Shown: positions 10,753 to 20,134 of the stretch, in pieces
How the letters are laid out: each line of letters opens with the position of its first letter
How positions within the stretch are numbered: the stretch's first letter is position 1
Origin: an uncultured Verrucomicrobiae bacterium
GTDB lineage: Bacteria > Verrucomicrobiota > Verrucomicrobiia > Chthoniobacterales > JAFAMB01
Assembly: GCA_963782115.1 (NCBI GenBank)
Contig: CAWAIK010000001.1
Location: 448,001-512,000, forward strand
Direction: 5' to 3'
Length of the DNA: 64,000 nucleotides
Position numbers and translations under genes: made by a program
Notes under the pieces: generated by a model
The model's database searches: none
Seen by the model: only the letters and a program-made list of their open reading frames with translations
Told to the model about the DNA's origin: nothing

Positions 10753-11904
10753 GTGTTCCGAGCTGTGGTGACGTTATTGATTTGTGGCGTTGTTTCCAGT
10801 CCGATCTGGTGTTCGGGACAGCCGACGCAATCGTCTCAGGCCCCCGCGGCTTCACCGGTCGAGGCACAGGCCGCCGTCGCACCGCAACCCACGCCGCTCC
10901 CGAATCGATCGTACGTTTATCGTATCGGGAATTCGGAAGCGATAGCAGACTACGAAGCAAACTCTGCGGTCGTTCGCCGGATGGTGGACGATCTCGTCAT
11001 AGCGGCGACAGGCCGGCCGACAGTCGCTTCCGCGTGGGGATCCCTGGTCAAGCCGTCCGACGTTGTTGGCATCAAGGTCTGCGCAAATGGCGCACCTCTT
11101 TTTAGTTCTCATCCGGCGGTGATCGAGGCAATTGTCGCCGGATTGGCGGACGCGGGTGTGCCGCCTCAAAACATTGTTGTCTGGGATCGCGATGAGCACC
11201 TGCTAAAAGTGGCAGGGTTCCACACCAGGAACGCCGGCTACCGGCTGATGTGGAGTGAAGGTAACTATGATCCGAAGGCCGTACTCACTTCTCCGATCAG
11301 TGGGAAACTGATTTACGGCGATCTCCTCTTTATGGCCAAGACCCCGGACACTTTGCGGGAAGAGCCAAAGGAAGGTCCGGTTGAGAAGGAGAAGAGGAAG
11401 CCGCAAACCATGGACAATCTAAGCGATGAAAGCCACCTGAGCAGCGTCTTGAGCCGCGTTGTAACCAAGGTGATCAACGTACCGGTTTTGTCCGACAACG
11501 TGTTCTGCGGCCTTTCCGGAGCCTTGTACAATATGACAGTCCAGAACCTCGATAACTGGCGAAGACTGGTTCAAGATCCGGTCAATGGTGATCCTTCCAT
11601 TCCTGAAGCCTACGCCGATCCGCGCATCGGCGACAAAGTCGTGTTTCAAGTCATGGACGGTTTGATCGCCCTTTACGCCGGCGCGCCGTTTGGAGATGCG
11701 AATTATGCGATCCACTATGGAACACTGTATGCAAGCAAAGATCCGGTGGCGCTGGATGCAGTCGCGTTAAAGAGAATCGACGAATGGCGTATCGGGGCTC
11801 AAATGGAGCCTGCTTCAAAAACGGCAAAATATCTCCAGACCGCGTTTAGCTACGGGTTAGGAAACGCCGATCTTAGCAAGATCGAGGTGGTCGATGTCCG
11901 GTGA
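10753..11904 (+). CDS. DUF362 domain protein, likely exported
   Basis: Signal-like N-terminus; SDVVGIKV, KVINVPVL and SKDPVALD motifs. Confidence 0.8.
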   Translation: MFRAVVTLLICGVVSSPIWCSGQPTQSSQAPAASPVEAQAAVAPQPTPLPNRSYVYRIGNSEAIADYEANSAVVRRMVDDLVIAATGRPTVASAWGSLVKPSDVVGIKVCANGAPLFSSHPAVIEAIVAGLADAGVPPQNIVVWDRDEHLLKVAGFHTRNAGYRLMWSEGNYDPKAVLTSPISGKLIYGDLLFMAKTPDTLREEPKEGPVEKEKRKPQTMDNLSDESHLSSVLSRVVTKVINVPVLSDNVFCGLSGALYNMTVQNLDNWRRLVQDPVNGDPSIPEAYADPRIGDKVVFQVMDGLIALYAGAPFGDANYAIHYGTLYASKDPVALDAVALKRIDEWRIGAQMEPASKTAKYLQTAFSYGLGNADLSKIEVVDVR

Positions 11905-12859
11905 AGCCGAGTTGTTCGGTCTTCTCAGAGGGGTCTCTCGTTCTTTCTACATCAGTGTACGCTTCCTTCCGCGACGGGTTCGAATGGCGATCGCGCTGGG
12001 GTATCTGCTAGCTCGGGCGTCGGACACGATCGCCGACACCAATCAACTCCCGCCGGCACCAAGAATCGAGATCTTGAAGCGGTTTCTAGGATCTGTTTCA
12101 AACCGGGAACTGGGAGATCCGCTGGATCTGGCAGCCTGTTTAACTGCGCAGGCGGATGGACCAGAGAAATTGCTGCTGGCCAATATTGACCGGGTATTGG
12201 ACTGCCTCTCAAGAATCCCACCGGCACATCGGGAACTCTTAAACGAAGTCTTAACGAAAATTATCCAGGGTCAGACTCTTGACATCGAGAGATTTGAGTC
12301 CAAACCGGGAATTTGTGCGTTGGCCGATGACTCTGCGCTTGAAGAATATACCTATTTAGTTGCCGGTTGCGTCGGCGAGTTCTGGACCAAGATCTGCCTC
12401 CTCGAGTGGCCGAACTACGCACGGTTACCTGCGAAGGAAATGCTGGGCTTGGGAAAAGATTTTGGGAAGGGCCTTCAACTCATCAACATCTTGCGAGACT
12501 ATCCCGCCGATCTTCTGGCCGGGAGATCCTATCTTCCCGTTTCTAATCTGGAAGAAATCGCCTTGAACCCGACTCTCGCCCGCCCTGAGTGGGAACGATG
12601 GCGTCAACGGGCGTCTGTTTGCCTCGAAGAAGCCTGGCAGTACGTGATTGCTGTTCGGCCCTGGCGAGTTCGGTTTGCCTGTGCAGTGCCGGTTTTCATT
12701 GGAGTGCGCACCCTGCTTCTATTAGGGAACGCCTCCGAAAATCGGCCAGGAATCAAAGTGTCTCGGAACGAAGTCCGGCGCCTGATAGTCTGGGCGGCGG
12801 GTACAGCGTTGTTTCGCTCTTTAGAACCCGTGGCCTACCGGACGATTTTTCAACGCTGA
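11894..12859 (+). CDS. Squalene/phytoene synthase family protein
   Basis: VSRSF, YLLARASDTIAD, YTYLVAGCVGEFWT and GLQLINILRD motifs. Confidence 0.92.
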   Translation: MSGEAELFGLLRGVSRSFYISVRFLPRRVRMAIALGYLLARASDTIADTNQLPPAPRIEILKRFLGSVSNRELGDPLDLAACLTAQADGPEKLLLANIDRVLDCLSRIPPAHRELLNEVLTKIIQGQTLDIERFESKPGICALADDSALEEYTYLVAGCVGEFWTKICLLEWPNYARLPAKEMLGLGKDFGKGLQLINILRDYPADLLAGRSYLPVSNLEEIALNPTLARPEWERWRQRASVCLEEAWQYVIAVRPWRVRFACAVPVFIGVRTLLLLGNASENRPGIKVSRNEVRRLIVWAAGTALFRSLEPVAYRTIFQR

Positions 12860-13014
12860 GGGAAGCCAGAAACCGAAAAAAAGAGTTAACCAAAGACCAT
12901 ACCAATTCCACAAACGACCAACAACGTGCACCCTTCTCCTCAAATCTGCGAAATCCGAGTAACCTGTGGTTAAAAATCTCGGTTACGATCGCAGCGCGCT
13001 AACTAAATCTCGTC

Positions 13015-14112
13015 TCACTTGGCCTGGAAAACGCTGATGGTCGTCAAAAAATCGATTGCCCGCTGCAAAACCAGGTCTTTGACATGTTGTTGCTTCGATT
13101 TTCCGTTGGCATGCTCTGCTTCGTACGCATCCAGATCGGGGTTTTTCCCAGCGACCAGAGCGGCCTCGTTGGTGTGCGGTCGTTCTTCGTCAAAAATGTA
13201 GTTCGACACGCCGTTCTGGTCTGCGAGCGCAAGGACGTTATCCTGTTGCTGCTTCGGGAATGGCACTGGGATGTCAGGCGTAAGACCCTTTGGGAAAATA
13301 TGCGGCGTGCCGGGAATCACCACTTCCCTGATCGCGACCGTCAAGACGAGGTTATCGCCGATGGGATAGTGCTCGTACTCTACGGCACGCCCAGAGGTCT
13401 TCTGACCGATGATCAGCGCGTGTAACTGGTTGTGGAGCGTGCCGGCCAGGGCCTCTGCCGTTCCTGCGTTGTCTTGGCTAACTAGCACGGCGAGGGGCCC
13501 GGTGAAGATCGGGTCCGCGGAAGACCTGTAGGCTTGCCCCGTTCCTCCCTTAGGTTCTACCAGGTTGAACAACAATTTGCCTTTAGGCACAAACCGACCC
13601 AGGATATCCGAAGCCAGTTGAAAATCGCTCCCGGGCTGCATTGTTCGCAGATCCAGGATCAATCCGCTTACTCCACGATTGCGGAAATTGTTGAGAGTTA
13701 CATCGAATTGGAGCAGACCGTTCTCGTTCAAACTTCCAAGACGTATGTAGCCGAACTGCGTTTCGATGAGCTCGGACTTGAATGGACGGTCCGGTACCGG
13801 CTGTCCGGTCTGCGTTTTCGCTTGAAGGGTGGCACCAGGACCAAGCCGCGAAAGAAGACCCTCAACTGCGGCCTGGTTGATCTCCTCATTGGTCAGCGCG
13901 CTCGAATCGACGAAGCTGGACCGGAGTTGCTCGATCACCCGTTGAAGGCCGGCCTGGTCCAATTGGTTTACCAGGTCTCGGAGGGGTTGTGCCGTCGCCG
14001 GAGACGCGGAAGTGCTCGGGGCCGGATTCGGAGAAGCCGTCAGCGTTTGTTGGGCAAAGACAAACCGGCCAGAGCAGAGGAGCAGAAAACAAAGGATAAT
14101 ACGTTTAGACAT
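13015..14112 (-). CDS. S41 family peptidase-like exported protein
   Basis: GYIRL, LILDLR, IGQKTSG and GLTPDI motifs; catalytic Ser region divergent (NAGTAE). Confidence 0.78.
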   Translation of the reverse strand: MSKRIILCFLLLCSGRFVFAQQTLTASPNPAPSTSASPATAQPLRDLVNQLDQAGLQRVIEQLRSSFVDSSALTNEEINQAAVEGLLSRLGPGATLQAKTQTGQPVPDRPFKSELIETQFGYIRLGSLNENGLLQFDVTLNNFRNRGVSGLILDLRTMQPGSDFQLASDILGRFVPKGKLLFNLVEPKGGTGQAYRSSADPIFTGPLAVLVSQDNAGTAEALAGTLHNQLHALIIGQKTSGRAVEYEHYPIGDNLVLTVAIREVVIPGTPHIFPKGLTPDIPVPFPKQQQDNVLALADQNGVSNYIFDEERPHTNEAALVAGKNPDLDAYEAEHANGKSKQQHVKDLVLQRAIDFLTTISVFQAK

Positions 14113-14130
14113 CCAGAAGCTCGTTTGAAG

Positions 14131-15390
14131 TTAAATCGACCCAATGTCGCGGCGGAAGTAGCTTCCGTCGAATTCGATCTTACCGACTGCGCCGTATGCT
14201 CGCCGCTTAGCAGCCAACAAAGTGTCTCCAACCGCAGTGACACCTAGAACGCGCCCACCCGAGGTAAGAATCCGATTTTCACGTCGCTGGGTCCCCGCGT
14301 GGAAAACGATTACATCGTCCATCTGGTCGATCTGCTCCAATCCCACAATTGTTTTTCCGGTTTCGTAATTCCCTGGATAGCCGCCGGAAGCCATTACGAT
14401 ACAAACGGCAGACCGGCTGTCCCATTGTGCCGTGACCGCATCGAGTTGCTCCGAAATCGTGGCTTCGATGAGATCGACGATGTCACTCTTAAGTCTTGGC
14501 AGGAGGACCTGGGCCTCGGGATCCCCAAACCGGCAATTAAATTCCAGCACGCGGGGGCCATCCTTGGTCAGCATCAGCCCCGGAAATAGCAGCCCTCGAA
14601 ACCGGAGGTGATCTTTCTGGAGACCACGAATAAACGGATCCAGGATTTGCTCCCGAATCTCCTGCAAAACCGGTGTATCCAATCCTTGCGAAGGGCTTAT
14701 GGTTCCCATACCTCCGGTGTTCGGTCCCCGATTGCCGTCATAGAGTTGCTTATGATCCTGCGCCGTCGGGAGGAGCAGGTAGGAGCGACCATCCACCAGA
14801 GCGTGTACCGAACACTCGGCGCCGGAGAGAAATTCTTCGATAACGACTTTCCGACCTGCGTCTCCGAAGCGGCGTCGTTCGATCATATCATCGATGGCTG
14901 CTTCGGCCTCGCTGCGGTCATTCGCAATGACGACTCCTTTCCCGAGAGCCAACCCATCCGCCTTCACCGCCAGAGGGAATCCGAACTCTCCTAGAGCGGC
15001 TTTCGCATCTCGGCACGATTCGAATTCCCCGAACCGCGCCGTCGGAATTCCGTGACGGACCATGAAATGTTTTGCAAAGCTCTTTGACGATTCTAACTGG
15101 GCCGCCTCTTTGCAGGGGCCAAAGATGCGCAAACCGGCGTCCTCAAACAGATCGACAATCCCGCCAGCAAGAGCGTCATCCGGACCCACGACGGTAAGAT
15201 CAATTGACTCCCTCCGAGCGAAATTTACCAGTTGATCGAGTTCAGGAAATTTAATCTCAATGTTCCGGCCTACTTGCGCCGTCCCGGCGTTTCCGGGCGC
15301 GATGAAAACCTGTTCGACGCGCGGAGACTGACGTAGCTTCCAGGCAAGCGCGTGTTCACGACCCCCGCCTCCGATCACCAGCACATTCAT
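14131..15390 (-). CDS. purD: Phosphoribosylamine-glycine ligase
   Basis: GGGGREHAL, KADGLALGKGV, GPNTGGMG and EFNCRFGDPE motifs. Confidence 0.97.
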   Translation of the reverse strand: MNVLVIGGGGREHALAWKLRQSPRVEQVFIAPGNAGTAQVGRNIEIKFPELDQLVNFARRESIDLTVVGPDDALAGGIVDLFEDAGLRIFGPCKEAAQLESSKSFAKHFMVRHGIPTARFGEFESCRDAKAALGEFGFPLAVKADGLALGKGVVIANDRSEAEAAIDDMIERRRFGDAGRKVVIEEFLSGAECSVHALVDGRSYLLLPTAQDHKQLYDGNRGPNTGGMGTISPSQGLDTPVLQEIREQILDPFIRGLQKDHLRFRGLLFPGLMLTKDGPRVLEFNCRFGDPEAQVLLPRLKSDIVDLIEATISEQLDAVTAQWDSRSAVCIVMASGGYPGNYETGKTIVGLEQIDQMDDVIVFHAGTQRRENRILTSGGRVLGVTAVGDTLLAAKRRAYGAVGKIEFDGSYFRRDIGSI

Positions 15391-15400
15391 GATGAGCTCT

Positions 15401-16099
15401 TCACCGAAGGGAAGGCACGTAAACGGTCGTGGTAGTCGGCAGCTGTGACACGGTCAGTGTGAACCGATTCCCTCTGATGCGGACAACGTTCGATCCTGAG
15501 AGCCATCCCCCCCCAATCGGCACAATGATCCTTGGGCGAAGTCGTTCGATCGTTACCCGGCGTTTTTCTTCCGTAAAGTTTGGCGAACCGCCAAAGGGCA
15601 TAAAGAGTACGTCGACATTGCCGATATTCAGCGCTTCAGACGGGGTGATAGCATCTTCTATCGCGCCCAGATCGCAGAATCGGATGCCATCCATCGACCA
15701 TGTGTACGCGACATTCAGTTTGGTAGGCGCAACCAGGCTTTCCGAGCTCGTTTGGACTCCGCGAACTAAAACTCCGCTAGCCCGGTTCACGCCGCTCGCC
15801 ATCGAGCTTCGAAAGATAATAGGTGAACCGCTCACCAGATCGGTGTAGTTCGCGGTATCGTCTTCATGCGTGATCAGGATCACGTCCGCGGGCACAGTGG
15901 CGACTTTCGCGGCATGAGGGTTAAACGGGTCCGTGATAATCGTCAGGCCGATCGACGAGGTAACTCGAAAGCAACCATGCCCCAGCCATTCGATCGTTAC
16001 CTCGCGCGGTCCTATGTCAGCCGCTTCGTTGCGTTTGTGTCGTGACCAGCAGCCAACGAGGAGCAGGACTGCCAACAGGAGGGAAGTGCTTCGATACAT
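15401..16099 (-). CDS. MBL-fold hydrolase, possible lipoprotein
   Basis: LLLVGC lipobox-like; WLGHGCF, ITDPF; degenerate metal motif ITHEDDTAN. Confidence 0.78.
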   Translation of the reverse strand: MYRSTSLLLAVLLLVGCWSRHKRNEAADIGPREVTIEWLGHGCFRVTSSIGLTIITDPFNPHAAKVATVPADVILITHEDDTANYTDLVSGSPIIFRSSMASGVNRASGVLVRGVQTSSESLVAPTKLNVAYTWSMDGIRFCDLGAIEDAITPSEALNIGNVDVLFMPFGGSPNFTEEKRRVTIERLRPRIIVPIGGGWLSGSNVVRIRGNRFTLTVSQLPTTTTVYVPSLR

Positions 16100-16253
16100 G
16101 CTGAGCGTAGGAATATCTGCGGTGAGACGCCAGAGTGACACATCGCGATCCAACGTTCAAGGATCCGTACGACTCAAGGTTTTTTGCCCTGGCCGATGAT
16201 TCTCTCTCCCGTTGATCGTATTCCCGGCCCTTCCGGATGCCGCCAGCTTGCCC

Positions 16254-16833
16254 GGCGAGGCTCCGTCCGAGCCGGGTTACCTTTAGGTAGTCCGAGCCAG
16301 GTTACGGGCGCGTAGCGGCAACGTCTACGCCATTTGGCTTTAGCACGGGAATAGGGGACGGAACATGTAGTCGAGGCAACGCGGCAATCCCCGGCTCGGG
16401 CGGAGCTACGAACGCCGGCCCTACCAACGCCGGCACCCTGCTCACCACCACGATTCGTTCTTATATATTTCCCCTTGGAAAGGCCATTCGTCCGAGTGGG
16501 TGACCAGTCCCGCTCTCACTGGATTATTTATCGGAAGAACTTCACTCTCGAGGACCCCTTTCTCGGGATGTTTTCTTTCGGGAAAGGACATATAAGAACA
16601 TTATACAATAAAGTTATGTGAACAAGGGATTGCTTTTTTTTGGCTGTCTGGTAGAGGGCGACGGCACGGGTAGGGCGAGGCTCCGCCCGAGCCGGGGATT
16701 ACGCGTTGCCCCGACTACCATGCTCGTCCCCTGTGCCCGTGCTTATTGGCGGAGACGTTGCCGGTACGCGCCGTACCCGGCTCGGGCGGAGCCTCGCCCT
16801 CCTTGAGCCTCGCCCTCCTATGAGCCTCGCCTA
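16254..16833. repeat. Two inverted REPIN-like elements built from GTAG-type REPs
   Basis: GGTAGGGCGAGGCTCCGCCCGAGCCGGG...CCCGGCTCGGGCGGAGCCTCGCCCTCC at 16669-16802, and a diverged reverse-complement copy at 16254-16425. Confidence 0.85.
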
Positions 16834-16912
16834 CTGGGCATCCAGCTATTTCAAATACTGGATCATTTCCTGCCCGTCGGATTAAGGGCCGAGAGGTGCC
16901 TAGGCCGTAGCG

Positions 16913-17165
16913 GGAGGGAGGAAGTAGGGACAGGTCAGATAAGCGGACAGCCGAACGCGACGCCCTTGAATATTTGACCTGTCCTTTGTTCTGGATCCCT
17001 TGTTTCCGGAGGGAGGAAGTAGGGACAGGTCAGATAAGTGGACAGACAAATGCAACGCCCTTGAATATTTGACATGTCCCCTTGTTCTCGTCGGCGGATC
17101 TCGGGGACAGGCGGCGGACCTCGGCGACAGGTCAGATAAGCAGGCGGAAAAACGCAAACGCCCTT
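16913..17165. repeat. Tandem 95-bp units with inverted arms AGGGACAGGTCAGATA...TATTTGACCTGTCC
   Basis: Units start at 16913 and 17008, with a third degenerate partial copy near 17105-17165. Confidence 0.85.
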
Positions 17166-17969
17166 CTAATTCCAGAAATGACGCAAGGCGGACGATTCTC
17201 CCGTTTTTGTGTTCCAGTGGAAAGAGTCATTGATAGCGCGCGTGATGTATTTCTTCGTGACTCTTACGGCCTCTTTTAGCGGTAGGCCGAGCGCTAGGTT
17301 CGCCGCGATTGCCGCGGAATAGGTGCAGCCGGTTCCGTGCGTGGAAACCCCATGCCGATATGGTTCGGAAAATTCATGCAGTCCATCGTCATCGATCAAT
17401 AAATCCACCGCCTGAGTCGATTTGAGGTGGCCGCCTTTCAGCAGGAACGGAACTTGAAATTTCTGGTAAAGCTCGACGGAGGCCTCACGCATTCGCGCGA
17501 GTGAATCCAGCTTGCTCCCGAGGATGGCTGCCGCTTCATCCAGGTTCGGCGTGACGAGATCAGCGAGCGGGAACATTCGAGACTTGTACCGTTCAAAAGC
17601 ACCGGGCTGCAGGAGCGGATCACCTGAAGTGGCTATCATGACAGGATCGACAACCAGGAAAGGCCGTTCGTTCCGCGGAAGTGCTTCGTACACTTCACAA
17701 ACCAAATCGATAATTTCGCGGCTGTACAGCATTCCGGTCTTGATCGCCACCACCGGGAAATGGGACAGACACAAGTTGAGCTGGTCCCGGACTATACTGT
17801 GCTCAACCGGTTGGATCGAAAGGACCTCTCCAGGTACTTCTGCAACAATACATGTGACAACCGTCCCGGCGTACACTTTGAAGTGGGTAAAGGTCTTCAG
17901 GTCCGCCTGAATTCCGGCGCCGCCAGAGTTGTCGGATCCGGCAATACTGACAGCTACAGGGGTTTGCAT
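17166..17969 (-). CDS. thiD: Hydroxymethylpyrimidine/phosphomethylpyrimidine kinase
   Basis: IAGSDNSGGAGIQADLKT, VDPVM, TPNLDEA and THGTGCTYS motifs. Confidence 0.95.
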   Translation of the reverse strand: MQTPVAVSIAGSDNSGGAGIQADLKTFTHFKVYAGTVVTCIVAEVPGEVLSIQPVEHSIVRDQLNLCLSHFPVVAIKTGMLYSREIIDLVCEVYEALPRNERPFLVVDPVMIATSGDPLLQPGAFERYKSRMFPLADLVTPNLDEAAAILGSKLDSLARMREASVELYQKFQVPFLLKGGHLKSTQAVDLLIDDDGLHEFSEPYRHGVSTHGTGCTYSAAIAANLALGLPLKEAVRVTKKYITRAINDSFHWNTKTGESSALRHFWN

Positions 17970-17991
17970 AGAAAGAGACTTTTCGCTCAAT

Positions 17992-18396
17992 ATGGCGCAT
18001 TATAGTCTTGTGAGCTCAGTGTTTCGGGAACTGACGAATCTCCGCGTGATCATCGACAAGATTGTCTACTTGCCGACACTTGAGGCGCCACCGGAAAGGC
18101 CCTATCCATTTGTTTACTTTATAACGATCGACAATCAATCGGCCGAAACCGTCACGATCAGAGGCCGGAAATGGGTGATTACTGACCAGGCCGGCCAAAA
18201 GATTGTGGTCGAAGGAGACGGTGTTGTCGGCGAGTACCCGCGTCTTCGGCCGGGAGAGCGGTTCTCTTACAACAGCTATCACGTGATTGGTTTGGATAGC
18301 GTGGCGGAAGGCGCCTTCATCGGCCTCACAGATGAGGGAGTGCCGTTTGTGGTGCGCATCCCTCAATTCAAGATGGAGGTGCCGAAAGAGCTCTGA
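17992..18396 (+). CDS. apaG: ApaG domain protein
   Basis: YFITIDN, RKWVITD, VEGDGVVGEYP and FSYNS motifs. Confidence 0.92.
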   Translation: MAHYSLVSSVFRELTNLRVIIDKIVYLPTLEAPPERPYPFVYFITIDNQSAETVTIRGRKWVITDQAGQKIVVEGDGVVGEYPRLRPGERFSYNSYHVIGLDSVAEGAFIGLTDEGVPFVVRIPQFKMEVPKEL

Positions 18397-18489
18397 GGTG
18401 TTCCGGCAGAAGGTGATAAATCCGAACGATTCGAGCTAAGCGCGAGGAGATATGGGTTGTAAGCAGTCTAAGCACAATGTCCTCTTCAA

Positions 18490-19038
18490 TTATCCGTAAA
18501 CAACAGCGTCCATCTTCACGTCGTGAAATTCATGTGGAATCTCAGAGATTCGCTGAGACTCAAAACAGACGCCGATCTTGACCGTGGTCGCAGGGATCGT
18601 GAAAAGGAACCTGTCGTAAAATCCCGCGCCGCGACCGAGCCGGACTCCTTGATCGGTAAAAGCGAGGCCGGGCACAACAATGAGGTCCAACTGTTCCAGA
18701 CGCGGGCCTGGAGCCGGCGCCCGGATTCCAAATCGCTCGCGCACAAGTTCCGAGAGCGCCAAAATTGGGCGAAAAGAGAGAACGTCACCTTCACACCGTG
18801 GATAGCTGACTAGATGATACTCAAGCAGGCCGAGGTCCCACAAAAGATCCAGGTCAGGTTCAGTCGGCGTCGGCGCGAACAAGCCGAGACTCTTCTTGCC
18901 GGAAAAGAAGGGGTGAAGCTTTTCGCAGATCCGGAGGGATCGCGTGTGTCGTTCGTTTTGCGACAGTTGCTTCAGTCGTTGGCGCATCGTGTCTCGCAAG
19001 CGGGATTTATCGGAAAACTGCGATCTGGGGTTTGCCAT
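18490..19038 (-). CDS. 5-formyltetrahydrofolate cyclo-ligase
   Basis: DLIVVPGLAF, RLGRGAGFYDR and HDVKMD motifs. Confidence 0.93.
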   Translation of the reverse strand: MANPRSQFSDKSRLRDTMRQRLKQLSQNERHTRSLRICEKLHPFFSGKKSLGLFAPTPTEPDLDLLWDLGLLEYHLVSYPRCEGDVLSFRPILALSELVRERFGIRAPAPGPRLEQLDLIVVPGLAFTDQGVRLGRGAGFYDRFLFTIPATTVKIGVCFESQRISEIPHEFHDVKMDAVVYG

Positions 19039-19069
19039 CGTCACACAATTCAATAATGACTTGTTTGTC

Positions 19070-19972
19070 GTGTCGAATATCTCCAGGAATCAAGGGCATC
19101 GTGTCAGCTTAAAACCTGGCAAGGGCTGGCTTAGGCGAAACTTTATTACCCAAGTTTATCTGCCCTCTCTCTTTACACGCCGAAAAGGGATAGCGCATAG
19201 ACCAGAATTTCCTGAGCTCGAGCCCGAACAGATTTGTTTGACCTGGATCGGTCATGCCTCCTTCTTAATCGGCTGGCGCGGACTTAACATTCTCGTGGAT
19301 CCAATCTGGTCGCTCTGGCTGAAAATCATTAAGCGCCTTCGGCGTCCGGGATTTCCGTTGCGTCACCTTCCTGCGATTGATCTGGTCTTCGTGACGCACG
19401 CCCATTTCGATCATCTGGACAGGCGAACTCTCCGACGGATCTCTGCATTTCAGCCCATCATCGTCCCGAACGGGGTTGGCAATTTAGTGCAGGACCTCGG
19501 ATTCAATCGGGTCCACGAACTGGATCGGTGGCAGACGCTGAATATCGGAGAAATCGGCGTCACGCTGACTCCGTGTCATCATTGGGGAGCCCGTGTTCTC
19601 CACGATTCTCATCGGGGCTTCGGCGGGTTTCATTTTAAGCTTGGCACCAGAACAATCCTTCACTGTGGGGACAGCGCCTATTTTTCGGGATTTGCGGAGA
19701 TCGGGCAAAGGTTGCCGACAGAGATCGCCTTATTACCGATCGGGGCTTATGATCCACCGACCCGGCGGGAAGTGCACATGAATCCCGAGCAAGCCATCCA
19801 GGCCTTTACGGAGTTGAATGCCCGGATTATGGTCCCAATGCATTACGGGTCATTTCGACTGAGTTTCGAGCCCCCGGAGGAGCCCCTGACCCGGTTGCGT
19901 GCGGCCATCAAACGTCATCACATCGAAGAAAGAGTCGTCGTGATGGAGGAAGGAATCCCCGGCATCTTCTAA
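19070..19972 (+). CDS. MBL-fold metallo-hydrolase (NAPE-PLD/RomA-like)
   Basis: WIGHASF, THAHFDHLD, LPIGAY, HMNPEQA and PMHYGSF motifs; start approximate. Confidence 0.88.
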   Translation: MSNISRNQGHRVSLKPGKGWLRRNFITQVYLPSLFTRRKGIAHRPEFPELEPEQICLTWIGHASFLIGWRGLNILVDPIWSLWLKIIKRLRRPGFPLRHLPAIDLVFVTHAHFDHLDRRTLRRISAFQPIIVPNGVGNLVQDLGFNRVHELDRWQTLNIGEIGVTLTPCHHWGARVLHDSHRGFGGFHFKLGTRTILHCGDSAYFSGFAEIGQRLPTEIALLPIGAYDPPTRREVHMNPEQAIQAFTELNARIMVPMHYGSFRLSFEPPEEPLTRLRAAIKRHHIEERVVVMEEGIPGIF

Positions 19973-20134
19973 TGGCGCTTGTGCTCGAGGTGCTCGGGTG
20001 TCGTCTCATACCACACCGAAGGGCTTTGTTCGTTCACTGATTCCTGCAATCGAAAACTGGTTCAGGTGTCGCCCAAAAATTGACAAGACGACTATCAGAA
20101 CGATGAGAACGAGCAAAGCGGCAGATGCTCTGAA

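Noticed and set aside
12870..13010. Short AATCTGCG-type intergenic repeat-like sequence (similar at about 35281)
   Set aside because: Too degenerate to define from this window alone
16913..17165. Possible CRISPR array
   Set aside because: Only 2-3 units, the intervening sequences are similar rather than unique spacers, and no cas genes are present
17970..19070. TPP riboswitch before thiD, or 6S RNA before the 5-formyl-THF cyclo-ligase
   Set aside because: Both genes abut divergent CDSs with only about 20-30 bp of intergenic space
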